64,000 nt of DNA from Bacteroidota bacterium (GTDB lineage Bacteria; Bacteroidota; JABWAT01), in contig JAIUNL010000015.1 in assembly GCA_020161835.1 (NCBI GenBank), forward strand, positions 707 through 64,706, read 5' to 3'. The position numbers and the translations under genes were made by a program. Below are positions 49,604-60,559 of the stretch, one piece after another. Numbering within the stretch: position 1 is the first letter of the stretch; each line of letters opens with the position of its first letter. Under the pieces are notes generated by a model. That model saw only the letters and a program-made list of their open reading frames with translations. It had not been told where the DNA came from and searched no databases.

Positions 49604-51655
49604 TTATTTCAGGAAGGTGAGTTTTTTGGTCAGTCTCTGGCCTTCAAACTCAGTTACTATCATGTAAACACCCGATGGTATGCCATCTGTAGTGATGTTT
49701 TGGACATAATCTCTGCCCTTTTTCATGAATTCGTTTTTGAGAACTTTCACTTCCTGACCAATCACGTTGAACAACCGGATCGAAACATATCCATCCTTCG
49801 GAATATCAAAAAGCATTTTTGCTTCCGGATTAAAAGGATTTGGATAAATTGAACTGATCTGGAATTCAACAGGAGGTTCATAATCAGGTTGTTGAGGTTT
49901 TCCATCTGTTGGAATAACGGATAGAACCTTATGTTCGGTACGATTTCCATCAATACTAACATCAACCAGTTTGTAATAGTACGTCACGGAATTAATGACC
50001 TGAGGATCAGTCAGCGAATATTTGCCTCCCTGATCTCCTTTGCCACGAAGTTCACTTTTTGAGGTATAACTGGCAACCAGTCTGAAATCAGATTTTTCTC
50101 TTGCTGACCGATAAATTTCAAATCCAGCATGATTGAGTTCTGAAGCCGTTTCCCAGTTTAACGTAACTTTATTGTTTCCAGGGGTTGCAGACCAGGAAAG
50201 TAACTCAATTGGGAGTGGTGTATCGCCGTCACCAATAGTAAATTCAGAAAATGACGTAACGGTAAAGGAAACAGTTCTCGGATCGGTTCCTGTGTTAAAT
50301 ACTGCACCAGGAACAATAACCCAAGTCAGTCCGCCATCATTGCTTTTTAGGACATATAAATCACCCAGGTTGATTCCATTATCATTTGAGGCAGGCCAGG
50401 AAAAGTCAACATCAACCGGATTTCCACCAGGCTGATTGGTTGGTGTAATCGTCCATGATTGATTGATACTTGTTCCAATTCCAGCACCAGGACCAGACTC
50501 ACGGAGGATGGTTGTATTTCCAAGATTGAAAGCAGCAGGGTCAACAGAAATTCCCAAACCGCCAAAATTCAAAACAGGAGCTGCATTGATATCAGCCAGG
50601 CCCTGAACCGTTCCGACGATATATGTAGCTGGCGTTTCACCTGAAATTGAACCGGTTGTACCCAGATCAATTCCATTAGAACCTGTGTTTACGGTAGCAC
50701 CGATTGTCAGAGTTCCTGTAACCGTTAGGTCTCCAGTCAGAGTAGTAGGGGCTGAATAGGTCACATTGGTTACCGAACCTTGTGTTGGTGGACCAACCGT
50801 ATAGGAATAATTCGAGCCACTATTAGTATTCGATTTAATAGTAATCATATCTGCATCACTCCATGGAGTTGATACAGTTGTGGTGAGTGCGTAATAAGAA
50901 ACAACCGTTCCTTCAACCTGTGCCGGAATTATTGCAGTTGCTGAGGCACCAGTAACCGAGGCAAGAACGGCATCAGAAGAGAACCATCCATCAGCGGTAT
51001 ACCTGATATACACTTTTTCTTCTGCAGATTTGCTTCCGCTCAGCGTTACCGTAATGGAAACTGCATCGTCAGGAGTTGGTGTTTCGGCAGGAACAGAAAC
51101 TGAAGAAATCGTAACCGGATCACCAGTAGTTTCCATAAAAATGGCTTCGGTATTGGTATAGCCAATATCTTTCCAGTTCATAGTGTACCATTTATCATCT
51201 ACAACTGTAATGGAGTTATTTGGATCTGCACCAAAAGTGTAGGTCTGTATTGTATTCATTGAAACATTGGTTCCTGTCCATTTGTTATTCCATGGGCTAC
51301 CAGTAGGACCCGATGTAAACAGGAATTCATAAGTACCGCCTGTTACGTCACCACCAGATGCAGCAACCTTTATGGTGGTTGAATAACGTCGCGTTCCAGT
51401 AGTTTTCAGCGTGACTTGTCCAGAAACCTGAGTTAAACTTCCGAGTGCTGAGCCAGTAGCAGGCGGATTTGTATAGCTATTCCATGCGCCAGGTAAATTC
51501 AATCCTTCCGGCTCCCAAATTTGCGGAGGAGCAAGAACACTTTGTGCCGTTGGTGTTTCAATTTGAGCAAATACCAGAATTGGGGTAAGTGCAAATAGAA
51601 TCGTTAACATTTTTTTCATAGATACCTCCCGATTATAAAAAGAATAAAGTAACAA
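49604..51655 (-). CDS. T9SS-sorted secreted protein (683 aa).
   Basis: Signal peptide. C-terminal module of about 200 aa (FN3-like plus T9SS CTD, ...SIYPNPFNP...) about 75% identical to the C-terminus of 51963..57278. Confidence 0.65.
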   Translation of the reverse strand: MLLYSFYNREVSMKKMLTILFALTPILVFAQIETPTAQSVLAPPQIWEPEGLNLPGAWNSYTNPPATGSALGSLTQVSGQVTLKTTGTRRYSTTIKVAASGGDVTGGTYEFLFTSGPTGSPWNNKWTGTNVSMNTIQTYTFGADPNNSITVVDDKWYTMNWKDIGYTNTEAIFMETTGDPVTISSVSVPAETPTPDDAVSITVTLSGSKSAEEKVYIRYTADGWFSSDAVLASVTGASATAIIPAQVEGTVVSYYALTTTVSTPWSDADMITIKSNTNSGSNYSYTVGPPTQGSVTNVTYSAPTTLTGDLTVTGTLTIGATVNTGSNGIDLGTTGSISGETPATYIVGTVQGLADINAAPVLNFGGLGISVDPAAFNLGNTTILRESGPGAGIGTSINQSWTITPTNQPGGNPVDVDFSWPASNDNGINLGDLYVLKSNDGGLTWVIVPGAVFNTGTDPRTVSFTVTSFSEFTIGDGDTPLPIELLSWSATPGNNKVTLNWETASELNHAGFEIYRSAREKSDFRLVASYTSKSELRGKGDQGGKYSLTDPQVINSVTYYYKLVDVSIDGNRTEHKVLSVIPTDGKPQQPDYEPPVEFQISSIYPNPFNPEAKMLFDIPKDGYVSIRLFNVIGQEVKVLKNEFMKKGRDYVQNITTDGIPSGVYMIVTEFEGQRLTKKLTFLK

Positions 51656-51889
51656 AAAGGTCTGTTAATCTCAATATAACAAAACAATATTTTACAATTA
51701 AGTTGAAAAACTATTGTGGAATCTAATTGGGAAAATGAACCTTATCAACCGGGGCTAAAATCATATCACCCCGTCAGCTGACGGGTTTTGAATTCCATTA
51801 ACCATTTACCATTGATCATCCCGAAAGTGTTCGGGATCTTCGCTTCGCTCGATTAACCATTATCTTCTTTGTCCTTTTTCCTGCAAAAA

Positions 51890-51925
51890 AAAGCCACCCC
51901 GAATGGAGTGGCTTTTTAAATTTCA
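51890..51925 (-). terminator. Hairpin terminator.
   Basis: AAAAAAAAGCCACCCCGAATGGAGTGGCTTTTT. Confidence 0.5.
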
Positions 51926-51962
51926 CTGCCCTAAAAGAACCCCGGGCGATAAAACTCCCCCG

Positions 51963-54900
51963 TTATTTAAGGAAGGTAAGACTCTTGGTTAATCTCTGAC
52001 CGCCAAACTCAACTGAAACCATATAAACGCCTGACGGAAGTCCATTTGTAGTAATGTTTACAACCTTTTCACGGCCTTTTTTCATGATTTCATTTCGGAT
52101 TACCTGAACTTCCTGTCCGATCACGTTATACAATCTAATCACGACCAAACCATCGTTTGGTAAGTCAAATACCAGATTCGTTGTTGGGTTGAACGGATTC
52201 GGGTAGATGGAACTGATTTTAAAGGTAATCGGAACAACGAACCCTGGTTGAACAGGTTTTCCATCTGTTGGAATAACGGTAAGAATTTTGTGTTCTTTAC
52301 GCTTTCCGTCAACACTTACATCTACCAGTTTATAATGGTAGGTTTCCATGTTAAGTACCGATTGATCAACAATGGAATACTTCCCGCCTGTATTTCCCTT
52401 AGGTTTAAGTTCATTTGATGAAATATAACTTTTAAATAACCGGAAGTTTTCCTTTGTGGTTGTTGACCTGTAAATCTCAAAACCATCATGATTCAGCTCG
52501 GATGCCGTTTCCCAATTCAAAGTTACTTTCTTGTTTCCTGGTGTCGCAGTCCAGGATAGCAATTTAATTGGCAGTGGTGAATCCCCATCACTAACCGTCC
52601 AGTCAGAAAATGACGTCGTTGTGAAAGTAATGGATCTTGGATTTGTTCCTGTTGAAAATGGACCTGCATGCATTTGCCAGGTTACGCCATTGTCATCTGA
52701 TTTCCAGACAAACAGATTTGAAGGGTTTCTGCCATTATCATCAGCAGATGGCCAGGTAATGGTTACATCTACTGCACCGGATGGCTGACTGGTTGGTGTA
52801 ATGGTCCAGCGACGGTTGATTCCTACACCCAAGGCAGCTACCGAAGGACCTGTCCGGCGGATGACTACTGTTGAACCCAGATTATTCCCATTCGGATTGA
52901 TAGTAAGCCCAAGACCAGCTATACCAACAGGTGAACCACCACTCAATGTTGGGTTTGCATTGACCGTACCCAAAATGTAGTTGGTTGTCGTTTCACCTGA
53001 AATGGAACCGGTAGTTCCCAGATTAATGGAATTAGAACCCGTACTCAGATTGGCACCCGAAATCGTTAGGGTTCCAGAAACCGTGAGGTTACCGGTGAGG
53101 GTTGTATTGCCAGAAATTTGAGCATCAACATGTGAACCGGAAGTTGGGTTTGAAGCTACAACCGTAACAGTTAAACCAAGAGTCAAATCATCAATTCTCC
53201 AGTTTGCGGTATTCGCACTTGGACTACCGGCACCACTATGACCGTAAATCCGGTATGTAATTGCAGATCCGTTCGGACTCTTTGATGAAAATCCTGAATT
53301 TGATTTAAGTTCCCAGGTACCAGTTGTCAATAAAATACCGCTAGCAAGTGTTGTTGCATAACCATCAAGTGATGACCGGAGAGAGTATGCAGCTGGTCCA
53401 GTACCAGTTGAACGGCTTCCAAAAGAAAAAGAACTGAGGGTTACATTATATCCTGCATCTGGAGTTAACGAAAACTCAAAATAGGCACTTCCTGAGGCAC
53501 CGGTAGTAATGCCACCAGTTCTTGCAGCAGCACCGGCATTGTTGGTTCCTGATGCACCTGCATAACCAGTAGAAGGTGAAGTTGTGGTCAACAGTGTGGT
53601 GGTCCCGTTATTGTTCCCCTGACTTACGGCTGAAACGGTCAGGTTGCTGACCGGTGTGGATGAAGGACTTGCTGTTGCAAAATTCCAGGTTACTGTACTG
53701 GCGGAAACTGCTTCAATGATGGCCGTAAACACCACATTATTCGTTGATGTTAAATCGGATCCAGAATAATCATCAATCTGATCCTGAGAAACAGAAACAG
53801 TAACATTTGCATTTTCATCATAATCTGTAGCCGTACCTGTGATTGCAATCGTAACCTGAGTTGCATTAACCTGAGTAACGGTTCCCTTTGAAAGTCCGGC
53901 AGGAAGGTTATTCAGAGTCCAGGCAGATTGTGAAAAAGTTGAGGAAATGGTTCCACCAGCAAGGGTTACGGTCAGAATTTCACCTGATTCAGATCCTTCA
54001 GTAATACTTCCGTCACCTGCAACTGTAATACTTTCAGCATCATCATTTGCAGTGAAGGTAAATCCGGAATTGGCAGATGCCGATCCTGAAGATGTAACGA
54101 CCAATTCAGCATGATCAATGGTCACAATCGGACTGAAATTGGTATCATAATCAGTTGTCCGGTTTCCGGAAAGTGTAATGGTAGCCTGAGTATCACTCAC
54201 ACGATTCAGTGCCCCTTTTGTAACACCTGCAGGCAGATTGGTCACTGCCCAGTTTCCGGTTGTGAGTGAAGGTTCAAACGTATCGTTGGTCAGATTAACA
54301 GTAATGACAGAAGCATCTTCAGATGATTCTGTTGCAGAACCGGATAAAGTGATTGAAGCATTATCATCATCAGTGATCGTAAGCGTATGAGTCGTTTGGG
54401 CACCCAAAGTTGCGGAGGATCCACCTGTAACGTTCTGAAGCGTGAAACCAAGGGTTTCATTGCCTTCCATAACTGCATCATCGGTTACGGTTAAGGTAAC
54501 GGTTTCTGATGTCGAAGATCCAGCCGGGAAAGTAACCGTTTGAGTTGTGTAAGTATTGATATCTGCAGCAGAACCGGTGCCACTGGTAAGAGCAACATCG
54601 ACGGTTGTAGCGACAGATCCACTCGGATTGGCAATAGAAACAGTCAGATCAATAGTACCACCGGATTCAGCAACAGAAGATGTTGCAGTGCTGAATTGGA
54701 CGGTTGTTGGATTGGCGATAGGTCCCTGAAGACTTGATTCTACAGCAGTTCCTGTTGTCACACCTGTTGTAGCAACCGGTGTAACTTCGAAGGAAATATG
54801 TTTACCATTATCACCGGAAACCAGTGTGTAAGTCAATGAAGTTGCACCGCCAATTGCGGCTTTGTTTGTTCCTGAACCGTCATCACTACGCATCCAACGG

Positions 54901-57278
54901 AAGGTTGAAGTTCCCTGAACATCAGATTCAGAATCAGAATAAGTGTAACTTCCGGTTAAAAGTTGGCCAACGTTTAGTGTTCCTGAGAAAGAAACCGATG
55001 AAGCTGTTGGTGCGGTGTTTGCAGGAGCAACTGAAGTAGATCCTGTAACAATAATATCATCCCCGGTTCCATCACCAATCCCACCAGAACCACCCGTTGC
55101 TTCAGCATACATGTAGAACCGGTATGTTACTGGTACGGAGGAGTTATTTTGTGTAAAGGTAAAAGTAAATGATTGTGTTGACGTGTTATCAACAATAGAA
55201 AATACCTGATCGAGATCTGATGCATATCCATCTACAGAACTGCGAAGAGCAACGGCACTGGGACCGGTTGCAGACCGCTGAAGATTGATAAAAATTGAAC
55301 TTACGCTGAACTGGAATCCTGTTTGAGGAGTGATGGTAAATTCCATATACTTATTTTCACTAACTGCATTGGCTATGGAGGTCAATGCCCAGTTGGTTGC
55401 GTTTAAACGTTGGGCATTCGTGGTGGCAGTTAATCCCGCTCCCCGGCTCATCGTTGAAGCAGTCAAGTTAGCGTCATTGCCACTGGAGCTAACAGTTGTT
55501 TCATCTCCGGCTAAGCTGACAAATTCAAAGGTAAGAAATACTGGTTCAACGGTGGCGGTCAGAGTCACGCCTGTGTTGGCTGTCAGATTTGCTCCGGTAT
55601 ACTCATCAACTTCCGCTTCATTTACTGAAACAGTCACATTGGTGATGTTTGCGTCGTAATCGATTGTAGCATTACCGCTGAGGACAATTGTTACTGAGGT
55701 GGCGGATGTGCGGGTAACAGTTCCTTTGGTCACACCGGTTGGCAGGTTTGAAACAGTAAAATTGGCTGCATTGATGGTGCTGATAAAGGTTCCGCCCACC
55801 AGAGTAACAGTAATGATTTCACCATTTTCTGCGCCTTCGGTGATTGATCCGTCATCAGCAATGGTTATGCTTTCGGCATCATTGGTCGCTGTAAATGTAA
55901 AACCGCTGTTATCCGATACACTTCCGGATGCCAGTGTGGTCAATTCCTCATGGGATACTGAAACAGTAAGGTTGGTGATATCAGAATCATAATCTGTGAT
56001 CCGGTTTCCTGAAAAGGCAATGGTAGCCTGGGTATCAGAATCACGGGTGATTGATTCCACAGTAACACCGGCTGGAAGGTTGGTGATTGTCCAGTTAGTA
56101 GGAGTTAATGAACCGACAAAGGTATCATTGGCAAGGGTTACTGTTACAGTTCCGGCATCTTCATTGCTTTCACCAACGGAACCACTGATGGAAATGGAAG
56201 CTGAAGGCGGAGTATCATTATCTGTAATGACAATATTCTGGGAAAGGGTGGAACCCAAAACAAGTCCGGAAGTTGGACTTGATATGGTGACGGTTGCTGT
56301 TTCTGATCCTTCAATATCGCCATCATCTACCACAGTGAAAGTGGTTGTTCCGGTTGTTGCCCCACTTAAAATTGTAATGGATGTGGCCCCAAGAGTATAG
56401 TCACCAGCGGTGATTCCAGTTCCTGTAACGGCAACATCCACAGTTTGGTCACCAGAAACGGCAGAAGAGGATGTTGCAGTAAGTGTGATTGAGGCTGGTG
56501 TAGCTTCTGATCCAGAATTTGAAGTCACAGATAGATTTACTATTGGGGTTGAAAGTGGTGTTACTGAAGCCCAAGAAGTACCAACTAATATTCCATCCAC
56601 AAGCACCGTCGGAGCATTTGAAGTATTTCCCTGACGAAGTGCAACAGTTCCAGCACCAGTTGCAGAAATATCAGTCTCAGAGCTTGTCCCAGTTAAAGTT
56701 GCACTAGGTTCTGAACCGCCTAAAGTTGGGTCAATAAATAGGGCGGCTTGGTCGTTTGTTGCTCCAGATACAAAGGTGTACTTCAAAACGATATAATGAA
56801 CTGTATTATATGTTAAGACAGTGGAAGAGTAAGTAACGTTTGTTCCTGCCTTACTAAAGCCTATAAAATAGCCACCAGTTGTAGATTTTGCATAAATCCT
56901 ACCTTTAAAATCCGAACCGATTGTTGCAGGTGCAATATGAAAGAAGTAATCCCCAGTCGCCTGAGCCGCCGTAACATTGACCATTAAACCAACATAAATA
57001 GATCCACTTGATATGGCTGTAAAGCCTCTGTTTATATCTTCACCTGATGTTGTAAGGCTTGCAGCAAACCCAATTGCAGAATTTGAAGATCCTGAATAAC
57101 TTAGCCCGGTGCCTGTGGATGTTACAGAAATAACATTGGTTCCACCCCCACTGTGAGCAGTCCAGCCATTTGAAGTTAAGGCGGTTCCCCCAGTGTAATT
57201 AAAATTTTCGGTTAAACTCTGTCCCCAAACACTCATTCCAACAAGCAAACTTGCGATTAACAGTAACCCTTTTTTCAT
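51963..57278 (-). CDS. Giant T9SS-sorted surface protein (1771 aa) with repeated Calx-beta-like / Ig-like modules.
   Basis: Signal peptide. Many repeats of the pattern G...T.T.T...TV.DD...EG.E. T9SS CTD at the C-terminus. Confidence 0.65.
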   Translation of the reverse strand: MKKGLLLIASLLVGMSVWGQSLTENFNYTGGTALTSNGWTAHSGGGTNVISVTSTGTGLSYSGSSNSAIGFAASLTTSGEDINRGFTAISSGSIYVGLMVNVTAAQATGDYFFHIAPATIGSDFKGRIYAKSTTGGYFIGFSKAGTNVTYSSTVLTYNTVHYIVLKYTFVSGATNDQAALFIDPTLGGSEPSATLTGTSSETDISATGAGTVALRQGNTSNAPTVLVDGILVGTSWASVTPLSTPIVNLSVTSNSGSEATPASITLTATSSSAVSGDQTVDVAVTGTGITAGDYTLGATSITILSGATTGTTTFTVVDDGDIEGSETATVTISSPTSGLVLGSTLSQNIVITDNDTPPSASISISGSVGESNEDAGTVTVTLANDTFVGSLTPTNWTITNLPAGVTVESITRDSDTQATIAFSGNRITDYDSDITNLTVSVSHEELTTLASGSVSDNSGFTFTATNDAESITIADDGSITEGAENGEIITVTLVGGTFISTINAANFTVSNLPTGVTKGTVTRTSATSVTIVLSGNATIDYDANITNVTVSVNEAEVDEYTGANLTANTGVTLTATVEPVFLTFEFVSLAGDETTVSSSGNDANLTASTMSRGAGLTATTNAQRLNATNWALTSIANAVSENKYMEFTITPQTGFQFSVSSIFINLQRSATGPSAVALRSSVDGYASDLDQVFSIVDNTSTQSFTFTFTQNNSSVPVTYRFYMYAEATGGSGGIGDGTGDDIIVTGSTSVAPANTAPTASSVSFSGTLNVGQLLTGSYTYSDSESDVQGTSTFRWMRSDDGSGTNKAAIGGATSLTYTLVSGDNGKHISFEVTPVATTGVTTGTAVESSLQGPIANPTTVQFSTATSSVAESGGTIDLTVSIANPSGSVATTVDVALTSGTGSAADINTYTTQTVTFPAGSSTSETVTLTVTDDAVMEGNETLGFTLQNVTGGSSATLGAQTTHTLTITDDDNASITLSGSATESSEDASVITVNLTNDTFEPSLTTGNWAVTNLPAGVTKGALNRVSDTQATITLSGNRTTDYDTNFSPIVTIDHAELVVTSSGSASANSGFTFTANDDAESITVAGDGSITEGSESGEILTVTLAGGTISSTFSQSAWTLNNLPAGLSKGTVTQVNATQVTIAITGTATDYDENANVTVSVSQDQIDDYSGSDLTSTNNVVFTAIIEAVSASTVTWNFATASPSSTPVSNLTVSAVSQGNNNGTTTLLTTTSPSTGYAGASGTNNAGAAARTGGITTGASGSAYFEFSLTPDAGYNVTLSSFSFGSRSTGTGPAAYSLRSSLDGYATTLASGILLTTGTWELKSNSGFSSKSPNGSAITYRIYGHSGAGSPSANTANWRIDDLTLGLTVTVVASNPTSGSHVDAQISGNTTLTGNLTVSGTLTISGANLSTGSNSINLGTTGSISGETTTNYILGTVNANPTLSGGSPVGIAGLGLTINPNGNNLGSTVVIRRTGPSVAALGVGINRRWTITPTSQPSGAVDVTITWPSADDNGRNPSNLFVWKSDDNGVTWQMHAGPFSTGTNPRSITFTTTSFSDWTVSDGDSPLPIKLLSWTATPGNKKVTLNWETASELNHDGFEIYRSTTTKENFRLFKSYISSNELKPKGNTGGKYSIVDQSVLNMETYHYKLVDVSVDGKRKEHKILTVIPTDGKPVQPGFVVPITFKISSIYPNPFNPTTNLVFDLPNDGLVVIRLYNVIGQEVQVIRNEIMKKGREKVVNITTNGLPSGVYMVSVEFGGQRLTKSLTFLK

Positions 57279-57663
57279 AAGCTTATTCCTGATTTATAAA
57301 TTTTCGAACTAAAAAGAACTTCATCCGGTGGGTTCGGTACCGGATTTTACAAAAAATCAACATGCAAAAGTACACGTTTTTTTACCCCAAGCAACCCAAA
57401 TTCCACTTTCACCACATAATTTAAAGAAAGTCTACCTAAAACCTTTCATTATAGTGGTTTAGGCATAAAGGCAATGGAAACAAGGAGTTAGTAGTTTAGT
57501 AGGTAGTAGGTGGTTGCTGACAGGCACTTCGACTTGGTTACTGAGCAAAGTCGAAGTACCGCTCAGTGACCGTCCACCCCGTCCGGCAGTTGCCGGACAC
57601 CCTTCGATAAAAATTTGAACTTCGTTCAAATTCACTCAGGGTGACACTCATTTTGTTTTAATA

Positions 57664-60078
57664 CTATTGTCTACTACCTACGACCTTGTGATTCCAAAAA
57701 TTCAGATAAATCTGTTCCCAGCTTTGTGATTCTGCATAGGTTCTGGCAGCTTTTGACATTTCTTTTCTTTTAACGTCATCCGTCAACAGGTCAATAAGGG
57801 CCGTTGCCAGTTCATCGGTGTTTTTGGCGTGAGTCACGATGCCTGTAATTCCGTCCTGAACAATATCTTTCGGACCCCCAATATTGCTCACGATGGCCGG
57901 AACACCGCTTGCAAGCGATTCCAGAACCACATTTCCGAAGGTATCCGTCGTGCTGGGAAAGAGAAAAACATCTGCTGAGGCAAAACTTTTATAGAGTGAT
58001 TCTCCACCCATGAATCCGGTGAAAACTGTGTTTGTATCTTTCAGTTCAGATTTTAATTCTTTCAGATAAGGTCCGTCACCCACAATCACCAACGATGCAG
58101 ACGGAACGGCTTTATGGACTTTCTTCCAGACTTCCGGCAGCAGATCAAGATCTTTTTCCTTCGCAACCCGGCCAACATAAATAACTTTTTTTCCGCCATT
58201 CAGGCCAAAACTGTCAAAGGCGTGTTTCACTCTTTTGGTTGGTGAGAAGGATTCCAGATCAGTTCCGTGCGGGAACAGGAACATTTTAGTTGGATCAATT
58301 CCCTTCCTGACCAGCTGATTCCGGTAATGGGAACTGGGCACGTAAACCAGATCGGCCTGATCATAAAACCAGGTCATGTATTTCCAGGCCACTTCTTCCA
58401 TGGCTTTGTCATCGGTGTAATACCGCACATATCCGGGAAAATCGGTGTGATAAATCATGGTGATTTTCAGATTGAGCAGTTTTGCGGCCCATAATGCAGC
58501 AAGTCCAACAGAACCCGGCGTTGAAATAATAACTTCGGTAAACCCTTCCTTCTCGAAATATTGCACCATTTCAAGAAACGGCGGAAAGGCAATCGTAAAC
58601 GAATCATTCTGCGGAAGTTTAAAGTCACCGACGGGAGTAAAGTTTTTCAGCGGGAGTCCGTGATCCTGAATTTCTTCGTTGGTACAGGTGATGATGACAA
58701 GCTGATGTTTGTGCTTCAACCCAGCTTCCACCATTTTCCTGATGACGACTGCAACCCCATTCACATCAGTAAACGTATCAGTCACCCAGGCCTTTTTCGG
58801 ATTGGAGTAAAAATCCAGATCTTTCCTGAGATATTTTTTGCTGACCGTCCGGAAGAATTCACGGCTCTTGTTATAATTGAGGAAGGAAATGAGGTAAGGA
58901 ACCATCCCGATTCCGACAGGAACGATGGAAGAAAGACTTTGAATGGATCCGAAAATGGATCCTTCTGAAATTTTATTGATGGCTTTCCGGGTAAATCTGA
59001 ACAGTAATTCATTCGTTACCCGGTTGGCGACTTCGAAGGTTTTGGCATTCAGTTGCCGGTTTTTTTGAGGATCGAGGATGTTTTCATCCTTCCCCCACTC
59101 TTCATTCAGATGGTTAAGATTTGACATCAGGTATTGTTTGAAATCCTGCTGTGATTTTTTCCCACGGAGCCGGTTGATGACAAAGGTCATTTTATCCCGG
59201 AACGATATGGAAGCTTCTTCACTTCCAACAAAACCGCCGACTACATTCATGGCATTACCAAAGCCTCCGTTTGATCCCTTTCCAACAAAATACTTATTTC
59301 TGTAGTAGGAAAAAATCGTATAGTAGAGTCCATGGGCAAAACTGACCGAAGTTTCCGGAATACAGGTGGCATCCGAGTGTTTTTCTGCAATTCCCAGTAA
59401 AAAATCAGGAACGGTTTCAGCATCTTTTACAAACGTATAACCCCGGGCAATAAATAATCCGCTGTGATCATCAGATCCGCCTGTGTACCCTTTCTGCCAG
59501 CCAGCTGGTGCGATCGGGAGTCCGGTATGATCGGCAAGGATACGGTCGTAGACTTCGGGTGTGAGTGCCCGGGTGACCTCCCGAATCAGTTTATTTTCGA
59601 TGGCGTTACTTTGTCCGTTAGCCACTTCAAGCACATCAAAAAGCAGCAGACATTTTTCAAACGTTTCAATTGTCAGTTTCCCGGCTACATTATATAAAGG
59701 ATGCGCACAGGAATGTACGATTTTTTCCTGACGGAGATAACCAAGCAAATCGTAGACATTTTCACGGAGGTGTTCAATGTCAGCAAATTGTTTTTCGGTG
59801 ATGCCGTAACAGGGAACGTGGATGGCACAACCGTCTTCAGGAAACCAGGTGGTCGCTTCCACACTGATAAAGGCATCGGGATGATGGGCAATTTCCAGCG
59901 CTCCGTTGATGGTATCATGATCGGTAATCGTTACAAAATCCATTCCCCGGCGTTTGGTTGATTCATAAAGAAAGGCGGGCTGGGTGTAGGATTCAGGTGC
60001 ACCGATCTGGCGGAGCAGCCATTCTGAAGGTTTGTCACTGTATTTGGAGTGGATGTGCAGATCTGCTTTTTTCAGCAT
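57664..60078 (-). CDS. Fusion of an N-terminal PHP (histidinol-phosphatase-like) metal-dependent phosphoesterase domain and a C-terminal family-4 (GT4/group 1) glycosyltransferase.
   Basis: N-terminus DLHIHSKYSD...ITDHDT is the PHP motif. C-terminus ...FPSTTDTFGNVVLESLASGVPAIVSN is the GT4 E-x7-E region. 804 aa. Confidence 0.6.
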   Translation of the reverse strand: MLKKADLHIHSKYSDKPSEWLLRQIGAPESYTQPAFLYESTKRRGMDFVTITDHDTINGALEIAHHPDAFISVEATTWFPEDGCAIHVPCYGITEKQFADIEHLRENVYDLLGYLRQEKIVHSCAHPLYNVAGKLTIETFEKCLLLFDVLEVANGQSNAIENKLIREVTRALTPEVYDRILADHTGLPIAPAGWQKGYTGGSDDHSGLFIARGYTFVKDAETVPDFLLGIAEKHSDATCIPETSVSFAHGLYYTIFSYYRNKYFVGKGSNGGFGNAMNVVGGFVGSEEASISFRDKMTFVINRLRGKKSQQDFKQYLMSNLNHLNEEWGKDENILDPQKNRQLNAKTFEVANRVTNELLFRFTRKAINKISEGSIFGSIQSLSSIVPVGIGMVPYLISFLNYNKSREFFRTVSKKYLRKDLDFYSNPKKAWVTDTFTDVNGVAVVIRKMVEAGLKHKHQLVIITCTNEEIQDHGLPLKNFTPVGDFKLPQNDSFTIAFPPFLEMVQYFEKEGFTEVIISTPGSVGLAALWAAKLLNLKITMIYHTDFPGYVRYYTDDKAMEEVAWKYMTWFYDQADLVYVPSSHYRNQLVRKGIDPTKMFLFPHGTDLESFSPTKRVKHAFDSFGLNGGKKVIYVGRVAKEKDLDLLPEVWKKVHKAVPSASLVIVGDGPYLKELKSELKDTNTVFTGFMGGESLYKSFASADVFLFPSTTDTFGNVVLESLASGVPAIVSNIGGPKDIVQDGITGIVTHAKNTDELATALIDLLTDDVKRKEMSKAARTYAESQSWEQIYLNFWNHKVVGSRQ

Positions 60079-60559
60079 AATTCCTTTTTATAAATTCTTT
60101 TACCACGAAGGAAATTCAGCGTGCACAAAGAAATTTCCATTTTTTATTTAGTATCTATAAAATCATTTTACCCCACGAAAAGCCAACAGAATGTCATTCC
60201 CGCGAAGGCGGGAATCCAGTATCGAAGGCGTGGATCCCCGTTTTCACGGGGATGACAACAGAGGTTCCATTTGGGCATTGAGTTACTAAAGAAATTAAAA
60301 TTTGAGTCTTTGCGATTAATGCATTCCTGTATTTTCTTCTGCAAAGTTCGGGAAGTGGTTTTACCTGAATGCGAAGGGGATGTTAAGGATTGATGAAGAA
60401 AGTTGAAAACTCTCTGGCCAGGTTGCCAATTCCCATGTTCTTATGATCCCCGTCAACAAATCAGCATGCTTTGGTTCTGGTATGATCTTCAGCACGTTTG
60501 GTTACCCGGATTTTCCTGATTTTTGATTCGGAAATAACATCCCGGAACGAGGAAACCAA

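Noticed and set aside
52531-56707. Numerous antisense ORFs inside the giant T9SS gene (for example 55330..55659, 55699..55992, 55996..56400 (+)).
   Set aside because: They are Val/Thr/Ala-rich mirror translations of the repeat-rich sense strand. They have no starts with an RBS. They are typical antisense artifacts of long repetitive genes.
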